Source: Octopus bimaculoides
Taxonomy: Eukaryota
Assembly (NCBI RefSeq): GCF_001194135.2
Contig: NC_069004.1
Coordinates: 20,908,368-20,943,449 of the forward strand
Direction of reading: 5' to 3'
Length of the DNA: 35,082 nucleotides
Shown here: positions 34,532 through 35,082 of the stretch, piece after piece
Position numbering within the stretch: the stretch's first letter is position 1
Layout of the letters: each line of letters starts with the position of its first letter
The notes under the pieces: model-generated
Database searches by the model: none
The model's input: the letters and a program-made list of their open reading frames with translations, nothing else
Told to the model about the DNA's origin: nothing
Made by a program: the position numbers and the translations under genes

Positions 34532-35082
34532 TTTTGCAAGAGCAGTATAAAAGAGATGAAAGAGGCAGTGGTACACGAAGTAAGAAAGGCGGAATGTACT
34601 TTGGTGCAATGTAGTCAACAGGGGCAGTGCCTGAGATGGGAGAAATACGTGGTCAGTCGCAGAATCTCATGGAAGGAACTTTGGGCTTGGGAACAAGCAA
34701 GAACAGCCTTCCTGATCAAGTCTACCTTTGACGTTCTACCCTCACCGGCGAACTTAGTCCGATGGAACATAAAAACAACCGATGAATGTGGATGCGGAGA
34801 GAAATCGACGGTGAGACATGTTCTGTCAAGCTGCAGACTAGCACTAGAAAGGTATACATGGCGCAATAATCAAGTCCTCGATGTCATAAGCACAGCACTC
34901 AAGAAGATCGAGGGATACAATAGGGGAGAGTACCCCAAAGTGGAAAAACGCAAGAAAATATACTTCCAGAAGGAGGGAAAAGGACATAAGATCAGGCTTC
35001 CAAATAAAATATACGAGATAGGCGAAAGATGGAAGGGATACTGGGAGCTGGCCATGGATTTGGGAAGTCTAGTAATTTTTCC
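34532..35082 (+). mobile_element. Second HERO-like element copy (CCHC zinc knuckle and linker), cut by a gap and the window end
   Basis: Near identical to 3001-3233, then FDVLPSPANL.RW....ECGCGEKSTVRHVLSSC..ALERYTWRNNQVL. Confidence 0.88.

Overview
Repeat-dominated, gappy eukaryotic draft scaffold. It is probably a coleoid cephalopod such as Octopus; this rests on recalled SINE/LINE families and the microsatellite load, and no database search was run. Most of the window is decayed mobile DNA. It includes GIY-YIG Penelope-like elements (PLEs), two HERO-like RLE non-LTR retrotransposon copies (one nested in a PLE), RTE LINE copies with a PHD-type finger inside the RT, CR1-like 3' ends, a Tc1 DD34E transposase relic, an internally deleted mariner with both TIRs, tRNA-derived SINEs and foldback elements. 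The only plausible intact non-TE gene is an intronless 269-aa ankyrin-like ORF (15847-16656). The strongest unannotated pattern is at least six unrelated type I hammerhead-ribozyme-like motif families (9 copies). Several lie in inverted, pseudo-LTR-like arrangements, and three copies keep an intact catalytic core. Most long ORFs in the supplied track are artefacts of N gaps or microsatellites.
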